Source of the DNA: Ranitomeya imitator
Lineage: Eukaryota
Direction of reading: 5' to 3'
DNA length: 64,000 bases
Assembly: GCF_032444005.1 (NCBI RefSeq)
Contig: NC_091284.1
Coordinates: forward strand, 324,694,001-324,758,000
Below are positions 23,262-35,270 of this stretch, piece by piece; position 1 is the stretch's first letter, and each line of letters starts with the position of its first letter. Both the position numbers and the translations under genes were made by a program. The notes beneath the pieces were generated by a model. That model was not told where the DNA came from. It saw only the letters and a program-made list of their open reading frames with translations, and did no database searches.

Positions 23262-24530
23262 TGCAGCGCCCCAGAGATCTGGTCGTTGCAGTATGACACT
23301 CTGCCACTAAGGGGAGTGATGGTACGTCTGATGGCACTGAAGGAATTCTCCTGACCAGGTATCACCAGCACACACTACACTTCACACTCCGGCCACTAGG
23401 GGGAACAAAAGGCTTTATTTATTGGGCCCCTCCTCACACTGGTAAAACTAGGGGTTGGATAGAAAGTTAGTCAGAAGCTGACTGGGTTGGAATCAGGCAA
23501 CATCCCGTGGCAGGGGGTGTTGCAGGGAGAAGACACAGGGTGGTCCCTGTCAGGCGTGGGAACCTGGCAGGTGCCTAGCAAACAGAACAGAACGTTACGG
23601 AGCCGCGCCTGCACCTCCTTGCAGCGGTATCCTAAGAAAGAGACAAGAAAGGAAGGATATTGTGGAACAGTGTAAACGAGATCAAGCAAAAAGGAGTACC
23701 AGTAGGAGTCATGCCGTGAGACCGAGGCAACATCCTACTGAGGCGCGTAGCCGGTGGCCGGAACACCGCGGGAGTAACTGACTTTAGGCCTTACTTCAAA
23801 CTCCGCAGGACAGTTAATCATAGGTTGGCTGTCTACCTTAAATTTCCTAAGAAGACATAGGGGGCAACAGTGGGAGGTGGGCGTCTCTAGGGTCCCGGAA
23901 GACCTCCAGGCCTTCCCGCCATACGGGTGCATCCTAGCCAAAACATACTGGGGGACGAGAAACTAGCAACATCTGGAACTAAAGAGAGAGAGAGCTGTAG
24001 AGAACGAACGAACGAGAACAGCAGTTGTGAGGACTATTCCGAATGCTCAGCAGGGTAGGACTACAACACACAGGCGCTAGTGGTGGGCAACGATTTCCAT
24101 CTGCGAGGGAAACTCTGGAAGTGCCCATCAGGCCGGCCTGTCTCTGATAGCCCTGTTAAACGTGCTCTGGATTGAGGATCCTGAAGTCTTCAGTAAACAG
24201 GTAAAGAGACTGCAACCTTGTGTCCTCGTTATTGCCTGCACCTCACACCATCACCATCCACCTTACTGGGAAGCCCTGGGGACATACTTCACCTGTGGGA
24301 AGGTATACCATCCAGCTGCCATTCCATCACCCCAGCGGACCCCACAGCAGCGTCGGTCACCCTGACCGAACACCACAGGTGGTGTCACGAATCCCTGACA
24401 GACTGTACCACCTTTATTGGACGCCCCTTAGCAGGGTCGCGGACCGGGTCTAGCCACCGTGACAGCCTCAGAACCGAACCAGAGGGGCCCGGTACCGAGA
24501 ACACGTGGCCCTGTGTCTGGGGGCGCTCCA
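23262..24530. mobile_element. solo LTR (1269 bp)
   Basis: Termini TGCAGCGCCCCAGA / TCTGGGGGCGCTCCA; 4-bp TSD TACA on both sides. Confidence 0.85.
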
Positions 24531-25171
24531 TACAGATATTAGTTTACCCATAATACGAGTCACCATCACTGGTTGTATTTTTCTTAGGGCACGGTTTCAT
24601 CAACTATTAAATTTTTGTTGGCACTGTTACTTTAAGATTCTGGCTAAATAACATTTTTTAATATATATTAATGATGCATTCCGGTTGCACTTTATTCTGG
24701 CACATTTCAATAAACTATTGAATCATTGTTTGCACTGTCACTTTATGAATCCGGTTAAATAGCATTTTTTAATATGCACGATATCACTTTGCTTGTATGT
24801 ATTATCCTTTATCATATTTGTGAACAATAAGTAAACCTTGGTTCACTCTAGCACTCTGCAGTTTGTACATCCACTGCCGATTCTCTGCAGTTCCTTTTTA
24901 TCCGTCCCGTGGTGTGGGTAGTCTCCCTTTTTCATGGTCACTGCTGTGGCAGTGCGCATGCGCTCGCTCCCAGCCCTGTTCTCCTCCAGCGTGCATTCCA
25001 TTGAGCGCAGGTCCAGAGGAGACTTTACACCAGGAAGTGGGGAGGAGCGCTTCATGCACCGATATTGCCGGGCAGTGACTCTCCAATCCCTCCGGCCACA
25101 TGATCTCTTACTCTTCGTTTCATTGGTGCAAGTTTATGATAAAAACTCCATCCTTACCCACCCCAGACACG

Positions 25172-25208
25172 CCCCCGGAAGAAGCTGGTTGCGAAACGTG
25201 CGTTGGGG
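25172..25208 (+). ncRNA. hammerhead ribozyme motif in the PLE pLTR (core U4 replaced by G)
   Basis: CCCC-CGGAAGA-AGC-tggtt-GC-GAAA-CGTGCG-TT-GGGG; stem I CCCC/GGGG and a short stem II. Confidence 0.6.
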
Positions 25209-25521
25209 TGAGGTGGGACACTGGCTCTGCTGCAGGTAGATATTATTTTTGGTGTCTGGTTACACTTGTATATGCAATATTGTTGTACTCTATGCATGCT
25301 TAGGCAGTTAGTAGTTCCCAGGCAACATATAGGAATATATTTAGTACTCTACAGTTTGTCTTATTTATCCTGTATTTATATCGTACATTATTATTCAGCC
25401 TCCCACCTTATGTTAGAGTGCTTGTTCACTTATTTGCACCATTATTTATTTCTTTACAATAAAGCTTTTTTGAATTTTACTCAATTCTGGATCTCTTCGT
25501 TTCGGCTTCTTGTTAGGGTAA

Positions 25522-26245
25522 AGGTACCTTCACACATAACGATATCGTTAACGATATCGTTGCTATTTGTGACGTAGCAACGATATCGTTAATGAAATCG
25601 TTATGTGTGACAGCGACCAACGATCAGGCTCCTGCTGGGAGATCGTTGGTCGCTGAATAAAGTCCAGAACTTTATTTCGTCGCTGGACTCCTGCTGACAT
25701 CGCTGGATCGGCGTGTGTGACACCGATCCAGCGATGTCTTCACTGGTAACCAGGGTAAACATCGGGTAACTAAGCGCAGGGCCGCGCTTAGTAACCCGAT
25801 GTTTACCCTGCTTACCATCCTAAAAGTAAAAAAAAACAAACAGTACATACTTACCTACCGCTGTCTGTCCTCCAGCGCTGTGCTCTGCACTCCTCCTGTA
25901 CTGGCTGTGAGCCGGAAAGCAGAGCGGTGACGTCATCGCTCTGCTTTCCGGCTCCCAGACAGTACAGGAGGAGAGCAGAGAAGCAGAGCGCAGCGCTGGA
26001 GGACAGACGGCTGTAGGTAAGTATGTAGTGTTTGTTTTTTTTACTTTTAGCATGGTAACCAGGGTAAACATCGGGTTACTAAGCGCGGCCCTGCGCTTAG
26101 TTACCCGATGTTTACCCTGGTTACCGGCATCGTTGGTCGCTGGAGAGCGGTCTGTGTGACAGCTCTCCAGCGACCAAACAGCGACGCTGCAGCGATCCGG
26201 ATCGTTGTCGGTATCGCTGCAGCGTCGCTTAATGTGAAGGGGCCT
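25522..26245. mobile_element. Harbinger-type fold-back MITE (same family as 38176-38921)
   Basis: TIR AGGTACCTTCACAC/GTGAAGGGGCCT; TSD TAA/TTA; internal palindromes GGTAACCAGGGTAAACATCGGG...CCCGATGTTTACCCTG. Confidence 0.88.
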
Positions 26246-27879
26246 TTAGACCGAATAGGGTTATCATGTATTGTGAAGTGCCAGCCTTATCTTTCCGACA
26301 TTGGTGATTAATATTTTTTAGGTTGGAGACGACAGGAGGTGGCAAGAGTTTGGACGTGCAGTTTGAAGGACAGGACAGAGCCGAAAGTTACCCCAAGGTG
26401 GCGGATTTCAGGTGCGGAAGAGAGCATGATTCCATTTACCACAATAGAAAGATCAGGTAGGGGGGGATACAAGAGATGGGGGAAAGAGGATGAGTTCGGT
26501 TTTGTCTACATTGATTTTTAGGAAGCGAGGATATGGCTGACAGACACTGTAGGATTCTGGACAGCAGAGAGGTGACATCTTCGCAAGAGAGGTAGATCTG
26601 AGTGTCATCAGCATACAGGTGGTACTGGAAGCCGAGGGACTTTATGAGTTGTCCTAGGCTAAGGGTATAGATGGAAAAAGTAGGGGCCCTAGGACAGAGC
26701 CTTGAGGGACTCCAACAGAGAGAGGGTGGGATGAGGAGGTAGTGTGGGAGTGGGAAACGCTAAATGTGCAGTCAGAAAGGTATGAGGCAATCCAGGACAG
26801 GGCAAGGTCTTTGATGCCAAGGGAAGAAAGAATCTGTAGCAGTAGACAGTGGTCGACTGTGTCGAAGGCAGAGGACAGGTCAAGAAGGAGGAGGATGGAG
26901 AACTGACAGTTAGCGTTGGCTGTGAGTAAGTTATTAGTAATATTTGCCAGGGCAGTTTCGGTGGAGTGGTGGGGGTAGAAACCAGATTGGAGGTTGTCAA
27001 TGAGAGAGTTAGATGAGAGGTGGGAGAAAAGTTAAGCATGGACATGCTGCTCAAGGAGTTTTGAAGCAAACAGAAGCAGTGATATGGAGTGAAAGCTGGG
27101 CATAGCAGTTGGGTCAAGGTTAGTTTTTCTGAGGATGGGTGTGATGGTGGCATGTTTGAAGGCAGAGGGGTAGGTACCAAAAGATAGTGATAGGCTGAAG
27201 AGATGGGTTATGGCGGTTGTGGAGCATGCTCCAGTCGACTGTCGCCTTATATGGCGGCGGAGCATATTGCGGGGAAAGCGGTCTTGATGAAGAGGTGAGG
27301 AGGCCCCTTATTGGAAAATGAAGCAAGCTGCAAGCATCCCGGAGATCAGTGGAAGAGCGGCGCTGTGCCAAGAAGGCCCGCCTCTTTCACCTGTCTGGCC
27401 TGCCCTTGTATCTCTGCCTCTCACTCCGGAGCACTGCAGTGATGAGGCAGCGGCGCAGGTGCGCATGTGCGGAATCCTCCGGAGTGAGAGAGGCAAGAGG
27501 CAGAGATACAAGGGTGGGCCAGAAAGGTGAAAGAGTCGTGCCTTCTGGGCACAGCACCTTTCTCCCTGTTTTCCATACCCTGGGATTGCATCTTGTTTTC
27601 CTTGTTTCTTGCTTGTTTTTCTGGGCACAGCGCTCTCTGGAGGTACCAGTAATAGGTACAAGGGCGGGCCAGAGGGATGCACTCTGATAGTCTTGGGGAC
27701 AGGGAGGGCAGGGCATGCAGGGACCAATCCAAGCAGGGCTTGTATACAACAACCAGCCAATAGCAAGGCACATTGGATGGTTGTTGTTGTATACTGGATA
27801 CCAATACATCACCAGTATCTGTAGCTGTTTACCAGTACATACAGTACATTACAAATGGCCAGCAGTCAAAAAAACAATC

Positions 27880-29194
27880 ATGGCTCCACCAGCAAGAAGA
27901 GAGAAATATGAAGCCAGTTTTAAACTTAAAGTTGTAAATTTTGCCATGGAACATAATAACTGCGCAGCTGCAAGACAATTTGGTGTAACAGAAAAGATGG
28001 TTGGGGTCCGGAAAGCAAATGAAAAAGCATTAAAGCGTATGCCAAGGGGCAAGTGTGCATTAAGAAGAGGCACCCCACATTGGCCAGAACTCGAAAACCA
28101 TGTAGCAGACATGGTGAATGAGCAATGCCAAAGCGGTTATGTAGTGACACGAAATCAAATACATTTGTTTGCACTTCAGTGGGCCAAATCTAACACGGCA
28201 ACAGCTTTAAGGCCACTGTATCCTGGTGTACTAGATTCATGGCAAGGCATAATACGGTACTAGGCAAAAGATGAAAATTGCCCAAAAATTACCTGCAGAT
28301 CTTGATAGCAAAGTGAATAGTTTCCATCGATATGTAATACAACAGCGCGCTAAACATGGCTATCCGTTAAGTAGTATTGGAAATATGGATGAAACTCCAA
28401 TGAATTTTGATATGATTGGAAATAAAACTGTCCATCAAAAAGGTGAAAAAACAATTTTAATTAAATCAACGGGGTATGAGAAGTCCAGTTTTACAGTGGT
28501 ACTAGGATGCACAGCTGATGGCGGCAAACGGAGACCAATGATTATTCTTAAAAGAAAAACAATGCCAAAATTCAAGTTCCCTGTTGGTTGTTTTGTACAT
28601 GTGAATGACTGGATGGATGAAGAAAGGGTAAAGCTATGGCTTGATAATGTATGGAGCAGGCAACCAGGTGGACTTATTTACAAATGTAGTCTACTGGTGT
28701 GGGATATGTTCAGGGCTCATTTAACTCCCAGCACCAACCAAAGACTTGCAAGACTAAACACACATGCTGCAGTTATTCCTGCAGGATTGACATTGTTGGT
28801 ACAGCTAATGGATGTGTGCCTAAACAAGCCATTTAAAGATAGCATTCGAGAACAGTGGAATGAATGGATGGTTACCGGCGAAAAGTCATTCACAAAAGGA
28901 GGAAACATGCGTGCTCCACAGTTGGATGTTTTGTGCACGTTTGTCATAAAAGCCTGGAATGACATTGATGCAGAAACAGTAATCAAGTCTTTCAAGAAGT
29001 GTGTCATATCAAATTCATTGGATGGTATGGAGGACGACTACTTGTGGCAAGATGAAGAGGAAGCTGAAGCTGAGCCCACACCATCTGATACGGAATTCGA
29101 TCCATACGATGACTGCCTTACAAATGTATCACAAGATGTCATTGATGTATTTATGAAATCAGATGACGAACAGGAGGATTTTGAAGGCTTTTAA
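27880..29194 (+). pseudogene. pogo transposase (Brinker-like DBD, CENP-B-like HTH, DDE_1), frameshifted near 28190-28270
   Basis: REKYEASFKLKVVNFA...AAARQFGV; WPELE; GNMDETP, WDMFRAH, QLMDVCLNKPFK with 35 residues between the 2nd and 3rd Asp. Confidence 0.9.
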
Positions 29195-29344
29195 AGGGAA
29201 ACTGTTTACAGCAAAACCTGTAAAAATACCGTAGCTTGCAGTTATGATGGGCATTGCTAACAGGGACTTGACCGGCACCTGCTCTCTCTCTCTATTGTTT
29301 GTTATCTTCCTCTTATTATCAGTTCCAGTTTGGTTGACAGCTGA

Positions 29345-29766
29345 GGCTACTTTCACACTTCCGTCGGTACGGGGCCGTCGCAAACCGTCGGCCTGACGTA
29401 CGGACGGACGTTGTGCTTAATTTAGCACAACGTCAGCAGCGGATGCAGTTTTACAAAGCATCCGCTGCCCATTGTGATGAGCGGGAAGGAGGGGGCGGAG
29501 TTTCGGCCACGCATGTGCGGTCAAAAATGGCGGACCCGTCACACAAAAAAACGTTACATTGAACATTTTTTTGTGCATCGCGGCCGCCAAAAACACAACG
29601 CATCCGTCACACGACGGATGCGACGTGTGGCCATAAGTCGCAATGCATCGCTAATGCAAGTCTATGGACAAAAAACCGCATCCTGTGGGCAACTTTGCAG
29701 GATGTGTTTTTTCTCCAAAACGATGCATTGCGACGTAGGCCATAAAACGGAAGTGTGAAAGTAGCC
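29345..29766. mobile_element. Harbinger-type MITE
   Basis: TIR GGCTACTTTCACACTTCCGT/ACGGAAGTGTGAAAGTAGCC; flanks TGA/TTA. Confidence 0.88.
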
Positions 29767-30363
29767 TTAGAAAACAAACAGCATGGCAGCTCCCATGGGT
29801 TTATTGTTTTATCCTTCCTTTCAGCTTTAGAGTGAATTAGGAAAAGTTTAATCCACTTGCACTGTTTTAATATACCATACATGTTTGATGATAAACAGCC
29901 TTTTGTTTATAAGGGACAGTTTTCCTGCTAAGTACCTGCATGTCATAAGCATTTGAATTAAAATTTCCATATTGAAATCAAATCTGATTTTTTTTTATTT
30001 TTTCTGTATGTGCGTTGGAAGAGGGGTAGTCTTATATGGCGAGTACATCCCAAACTCTATATTTTAACTGGAAAAGTTGGGGGTCTTATACGCCGGAAAA
30101 TACGGTATATCCCTGACACCTTGTTGGATATTTATATATCTCTGCACTGTTATTAACCCCTTGAATACATATAGAGACAGTTAGTATTGTTGGGTAGGGT
30201 GAGTGGCTATATTGTCTCTGTGCACATAGGTAACGTGGGTAGAAAATATTATTTGCCTCAGTTATACCTCGTTCTTACATATATAGCATAAGGAACAGAA
30301 AGTGTTAAGAAGTCATTTTAATAGTCAAGGCTGACATTAATAATTAACATCAGACCTCAATAT

Positions 30364-32884
30364 TGTCACGATCAGCTGCGGCCGCCGATGCGGCCCAGCC
30401 CATAGACGCCCCCAAGCCGACCAACCTCAGAAAGTGTGGGGCGTACGTCCCCCGGGGATGCAATACGGAACCTTTAAACCGCAGAGGGGGACCCGGCCTA
30501 CCCGAACTAGGGGAGGGCAGCGACCGGGGTTCTGTGGCAGCTGAGCATTTGGACAAGGAAAGAGACACGTAGGACATGATTACACCGATACTTCAGGTAT
30601 AGAGAAAGTAAAGTTTACTAAAGCAAAGTCACACAGTACATAAACAAAACATGACAATGTCAGGCTCCCGATTCCACACCTCAGAAGGGTACCACCCAGT
30701 GGACCCCAAGGCACCAACGGATCACCGAGGCACAGATAGGCAGCACATCAGGACCCAGGCAAGACATCAGGGTACATGAGGACATCAGGGTACAGGCAAG
30801 ACATCAGGATACAAACAGGACATCAGGACATCTGGACTCAGGAAAGACCTCAGGACATCAGGACACCGGGGAACAGACAGGATATCAGGACATCAGGGTC
30901 CATGAGGTCATCAAGACACAGCAGGACATCAGGATACAGGCAAGACATCAGGACATCTGGACCCAGGGTCACCGGCAGACATCAGACAGGAGTCGTTTGG
31001 TTCCGGATATCCGACACGACCTACAGGCACCACCAGAGTCATCAGGCTCCAAGCTCCAGACAGTGGTCATCAGGTTCCAGACTGCGGTCATCAGGCTCCG
31101 GGCATCGGACCTAGGAAGGAACTCAAGCGTGATGGTGCAAACACCGCCATAATGGACATAAGCCAGACGGGGTTAACACCGCATGGTAGTCAGAGCACAG
31201 AGTAGTAGATGCTCAGCAGAAACACCGTGTTAGGGCTGGCGGAATGCACCGAGTAAATATAGAGATGTTATTTGGTGCGTTCGCAGCCCGGGGTCCACCG
31301 TGCAGGAAAAGAACCTGCTGCTGGCAAACAGCGGCACAATATGGCGGTAGAAGCGAACTCTGTTGCTTCACAGAGTCGCTATAAGGAAAGGACTGTGTCC
31401 TGTTAAACTCCACAGGAATACACAGTAACTGCTGAGCAGATAGCAGCTTGTGGTCACGCAGTCCAGGAGGCAAACATACAATCTCCTCACCGGAGGAGCC
31501 GGTATTCTAGTGGCTTATTTCAGCCGGGGACCTGTAACCAAACACACAATCTCCTCACCGGAGGTGCCGGTATTCTAGTGGCTTATTTCAGCCGGGTCCC
31601 TGAATACACACAAGCGTGACCACACTGGCGCAAAACTCATGTCATGCATTGATACTAGCGCATGGCCGTGCGGCCATGCGAGCCTTATATAGCTGCAGCA
31701 AGTAAAAGACCTTCCTAGAAGGACCAATGAGAGACTGCCATACCTGAGCATGTGACCCTAGATCTCCACTGAGAGATCTTACCCTGGGCATGCTCAGTGT
31801 GTGAAAAGCAGGAGTTAGTCCTAGTTAGTCCTAGCAGCTATAGGACCTTCCTACCATGTGACCCTCGATCTCCACTGAGAGATCTTACTTAGGGCATGCT
31901 CAGAATGAGAAAAGCAGGACTTAGTCACAGAAGCATCTGCTCGCCGCTGCCCAGCACTGGCAGAAGCAGGAAAGGCAGCAGTAACTCTTTGTACAGAGTG
32001 GGACTGAGCAAGACGCTTGGACTGACGTCTCCGCTGAGCAGGCTCAACTGCGGCAGGAGAGGAATGGGAGACCGCAGCGGAGATGGCCCGAGATTCCCCC
32101 TGTGCAGAGGCGGGAACTCGACCCCTAACACACCGGTTTCAAGAGACTCAAAGTCACTGGGAGTAAGGCTCCAGATGCAGAGGGATTCCAGGAACATAAT
32201 CACAGCAGACACAGTTCAGACACAGTTCAGACAGGTTCAGGTACAGGACAGGTACAGGATCAAGGATTCAGGCCTGGATATACCGCCTCCAGCACAGGTG
32301 CCAGAACAGGACAAAACACGAATCAAGGCAAGGACTTTGGTAGCAAAACATAGACGGGAGAAGAGCAGGAACACAAACACACATAACAAAGTTCAGGAGC
32401 TTTGTGAGTGTAGCTCAGGCCCCGCCCATAGGGCAGGGGAGCTTTATATATGAGCTGCCCCTCAGCAATTGGCTGGGGACAGCATTTAAAGTACACACCC
32501 TAACCCTGATAAAAGCAGGGGAGGTGTGGCCGCGCATGCCCTAGGCACACACAGAAACCATTACAGCACAGTGCAGGATCTGAGGCTCAGGGCAGACTGC
32601 AAGAACTGAACCACGTGGAAAATCATGCACCAACTGCAAATGACCTCTCAACCTGCGGACAGCTTCAAAGCAACAACCAGGGACCGCACATGAGGAAGGT
32701 ATGCAGCAGGGCAAATACCTAAACACCCATCTACGACTGCGCAGCAGAGCAGGGAACTGAGAAGGCTCCATTAAGGTAACAGCCAACAGTATCCCAGCTC
32801 AAATTAGGGGGAAAAGAGTAAAGGGTTAAAGCAAACATATGCATTGTCATGCCGAAAACCAGAAACAGACAGAATGGCATGACA
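30364..32884. mobile_element. long solo-LTR-like element (~1.6 kb net) hosting a second solo LTR
   Basis: TGTCACG...CATGACA termini; 5-bp TSD AATAT (30359-30363, 32885-32889); internal CAGGACATCA-type repeats at 30740-30990. Confidence 0.8.
31228..32130. mobile_element. solo LTR (903 bp)
   Basis: TGTTAGGG...CCCTAACA; 5-bp TSD CACCG on both sides. Confidence 0.92.
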
Positions 32885-35270
32885 AATATGGTGTAGTCTC
32901 ACCCCTTTAACATTTTGGCGGGCAACTCACCACTGTAACAATGACTCTTAGCTTTAAAAAGTGTCAATGGATTATACAGACCGCACATTGATTTCAGTAG
33001 GCACCACTACAAAATGTTTAATTCACTCTCAGTGGTGTTGCCGAGTAATTGGCCACCCTATATTTTACAGCTGATTATACTAGGAGTCTCGGCAGCATAT
33101 GCATTCTGTTTATATTTGGGGGAACTTTCTTACAGAAAATAAGTAACCTTGAAAGAGTTTTCAAAAGTTTTGTTTTTTGTTAAAGCATCCTTTTTTATTT
33201 GTAAATGAAATTTACAAAAATAATTTCTTATGCAGACAATTTGATGGAGGTCTGAAAATGCCTACTGAAAATATTCAAAGATATTTATGCCCAAATTAGT
33301 CTTTCATTCAAATAATTAAGAAAGATTTTTTTTTTAGGAAGAACATTTAAGAACAATAATAAAAATAAGCCTGCATGAAAAAAGAGAGTTCAAGCATTTC
33401 ATGAAAAATGAAGGCTTCTGTAGCCACACAATGAACAAGTGACCTCCATACTTTCATTCCATATATTAGCAACAACCAACTTCCCAATGAAAGAAGCACT
33501 GCAACAAAGGCAAACGCATGCTAAAAATAGAAAGTACGGAAAAAGGGCATATTTCTAATGGATTCTATGTGTAGCCGATATTCTTTCCACAGCAATACAC
33601 CTAAACCTATGTGATCATGTCTCACTCTCAACTAAATGAATGTTGTGAATTACACAGGCCTGCAATTTGAAGGACACTTGTAACCAAGGCTAATTTTCAA
33701 GAATATAAAAGCACAAAAATAGTTCTTATTAGCAATGGGAATAAGTAGCATGATTTGATGAATACTCTTTGCTCCTTTGCCAATACTTGTGTGGTTCTCG
33801 AAGGTGGGTAAATTATGGTTGTCATATCCATAGATCTTTAGATCTTTTGAATTGGCGTCCAACAAGTAAATGCTTCAAAATGCCTTCAGAAAGTCAAGTG
33901 TATCTGGCAATGCATGCATTATTCTCCAGGATGTTTCAATAACCCAAGCCATCATAAATCTAACCTTTGCATGCTCTTCATTTCAACATCTAAATATTAT
34001 TTATTGTATGAGATCCTTACTGTGGAGCGTACAATATCCAATTATAAAAACACTATTTTCACGAGAGGACATCCCCCACGAGAAGCAACAGATCTTTTAT
34101 GTAAACTCAAGCCAAAAGCAGTATAGTTCATAACCTGAGGTAGCAGAAAGGAGACCCTGTATGACTTGAGGTCTGCTCAAAAGGCCTCTCACCCACATAA
34201 AATAATAATACATAGACATATACAGCCAAGATAACTCTCCGCTCGTTTAGGAGGACACAAATTATTATGTAGTAAATGCAGTCTTGTACAGGAGGTGAGG
34301 AGCAGCCAACAGTTGATAATGAACATTTAATGCCGAGTATTCCTACATGGCGAAGATGAGAATTTTCACTCTCCCACTCTGCCCCCACCTCCCTTCTGAG
34401 CACAGTGTTGCGTGTTTGGTCTGTTTGGGTCACTGAATGTCACAGCCTCACCCCATGCTGTCTGTGCATGCAGTAGCTGAGCACGCCATTTTCTATGCCC
34501 GAAAGTTATTGCATAAAAATAAATAACTGGACAAGAAAGGAACAAAGAACTGGATATCATATAAAATGATAACTGATAAAAATGTTGCTGAGTTAATCAT
34601 CAATAGGCTTCATTTTATTCTAATAGAAGAGACATCTTCCCATTGTCCACATACTATTTGTGTGCTTGAAACATTTACATATTTCTCCTTCTTTCTCTCA
34701 TTCATGTGGGGTTTGCAATATTTCACCAGAAAATAAGTATATTACATAGATCTCAGTGTCTATAGTAGTTTGTATCTTTTGAGCACTATACAAGAATTTT
34801 ATTTCATTTATGGCTTTTTTCCATTTCTAAGATCAAAGCTATATTTCATTATTATAATTTGTGACAGAAATGACGTACAAAAATGAACAAATCTTTAGGT
34901 CCATGAAGTAATGTAACTATAAAAAAATATCCACAAGAGATAAAAGAACGACAAATGCCTTGGTTTTACAATAAAAATCAATCAAAAAGTACCGGTATAA
35001 GGTAAAAAAGTGTATCCTAGTATTTAAAATTATGTTTAATTTGTTACTTTATTATATATGTTTATTGATTTGCATGGACAGAATTACAATATGCTACTGG
35101 AAGTCTCTTAATGTCATAGGTGACATTTTGTTGTCATATATTGATTGTTTCCTACTGTTTCGCTGAGAGAAAGCCTTCTTACTTATTATTTTAGTCTTGT
35201 ATGCACATTTAGCAAATATTATCTTCTTTACCATGTCCTTGTAATAAAACTTCTTCATTCTCTTCTGCAA

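Larger units (their letters stand above)
21224..26309 (+). mobile_element. Penelope-like element, 5'-truncated, with an inverted pLTR copy at its 5' end
   Basis: GIY-YIG remnant; 21224-21340 is the reverse complement of 25425-25521 plus 26246-26265; hammerhead motif at 25172; ~15-bp degenerate TSD AATATTTTT(T)AG(G)TT. Confidence 0.88.
20359..27222 (-). mobile_element. L2-clade LINE, 5'-truncated, split by a PLE insertion (L2 pieces 20359-21223 and 26310-27222)
   Basis: (AAT)n tail after GTACAGCACCATGGAATTAATGGTGCTATAT; IARIRPFLT...ALIISQLDYCS; YADDT near 26605; GVPQGSVLG near 26700; [11 protein letters not shown]; AFKHATITPILRK. Confidence 0.92.
27230..30105 (+). mobile_element. pogo-superfamily (Passer-like, DD35D) DNA transposon; left TIR missing
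   Basis: Right end GTCTTATACGCCGGAAAATACGG followed by TA at 30106; transposase remnant; short tandem repeats at 27340-27720. Confidence 0.88.

Noticed and set aside
27715-29194. Host POGK gene
   Set aside because: There is no KRAB exon, the frame is shifted, and a TIR with TA follows.
30776-31114. 112-aa ORF with QDIRT repeats
   Set aside because: It is the translation of an internal CAGGACATCA-type tandem repeat in an LTR-like element.
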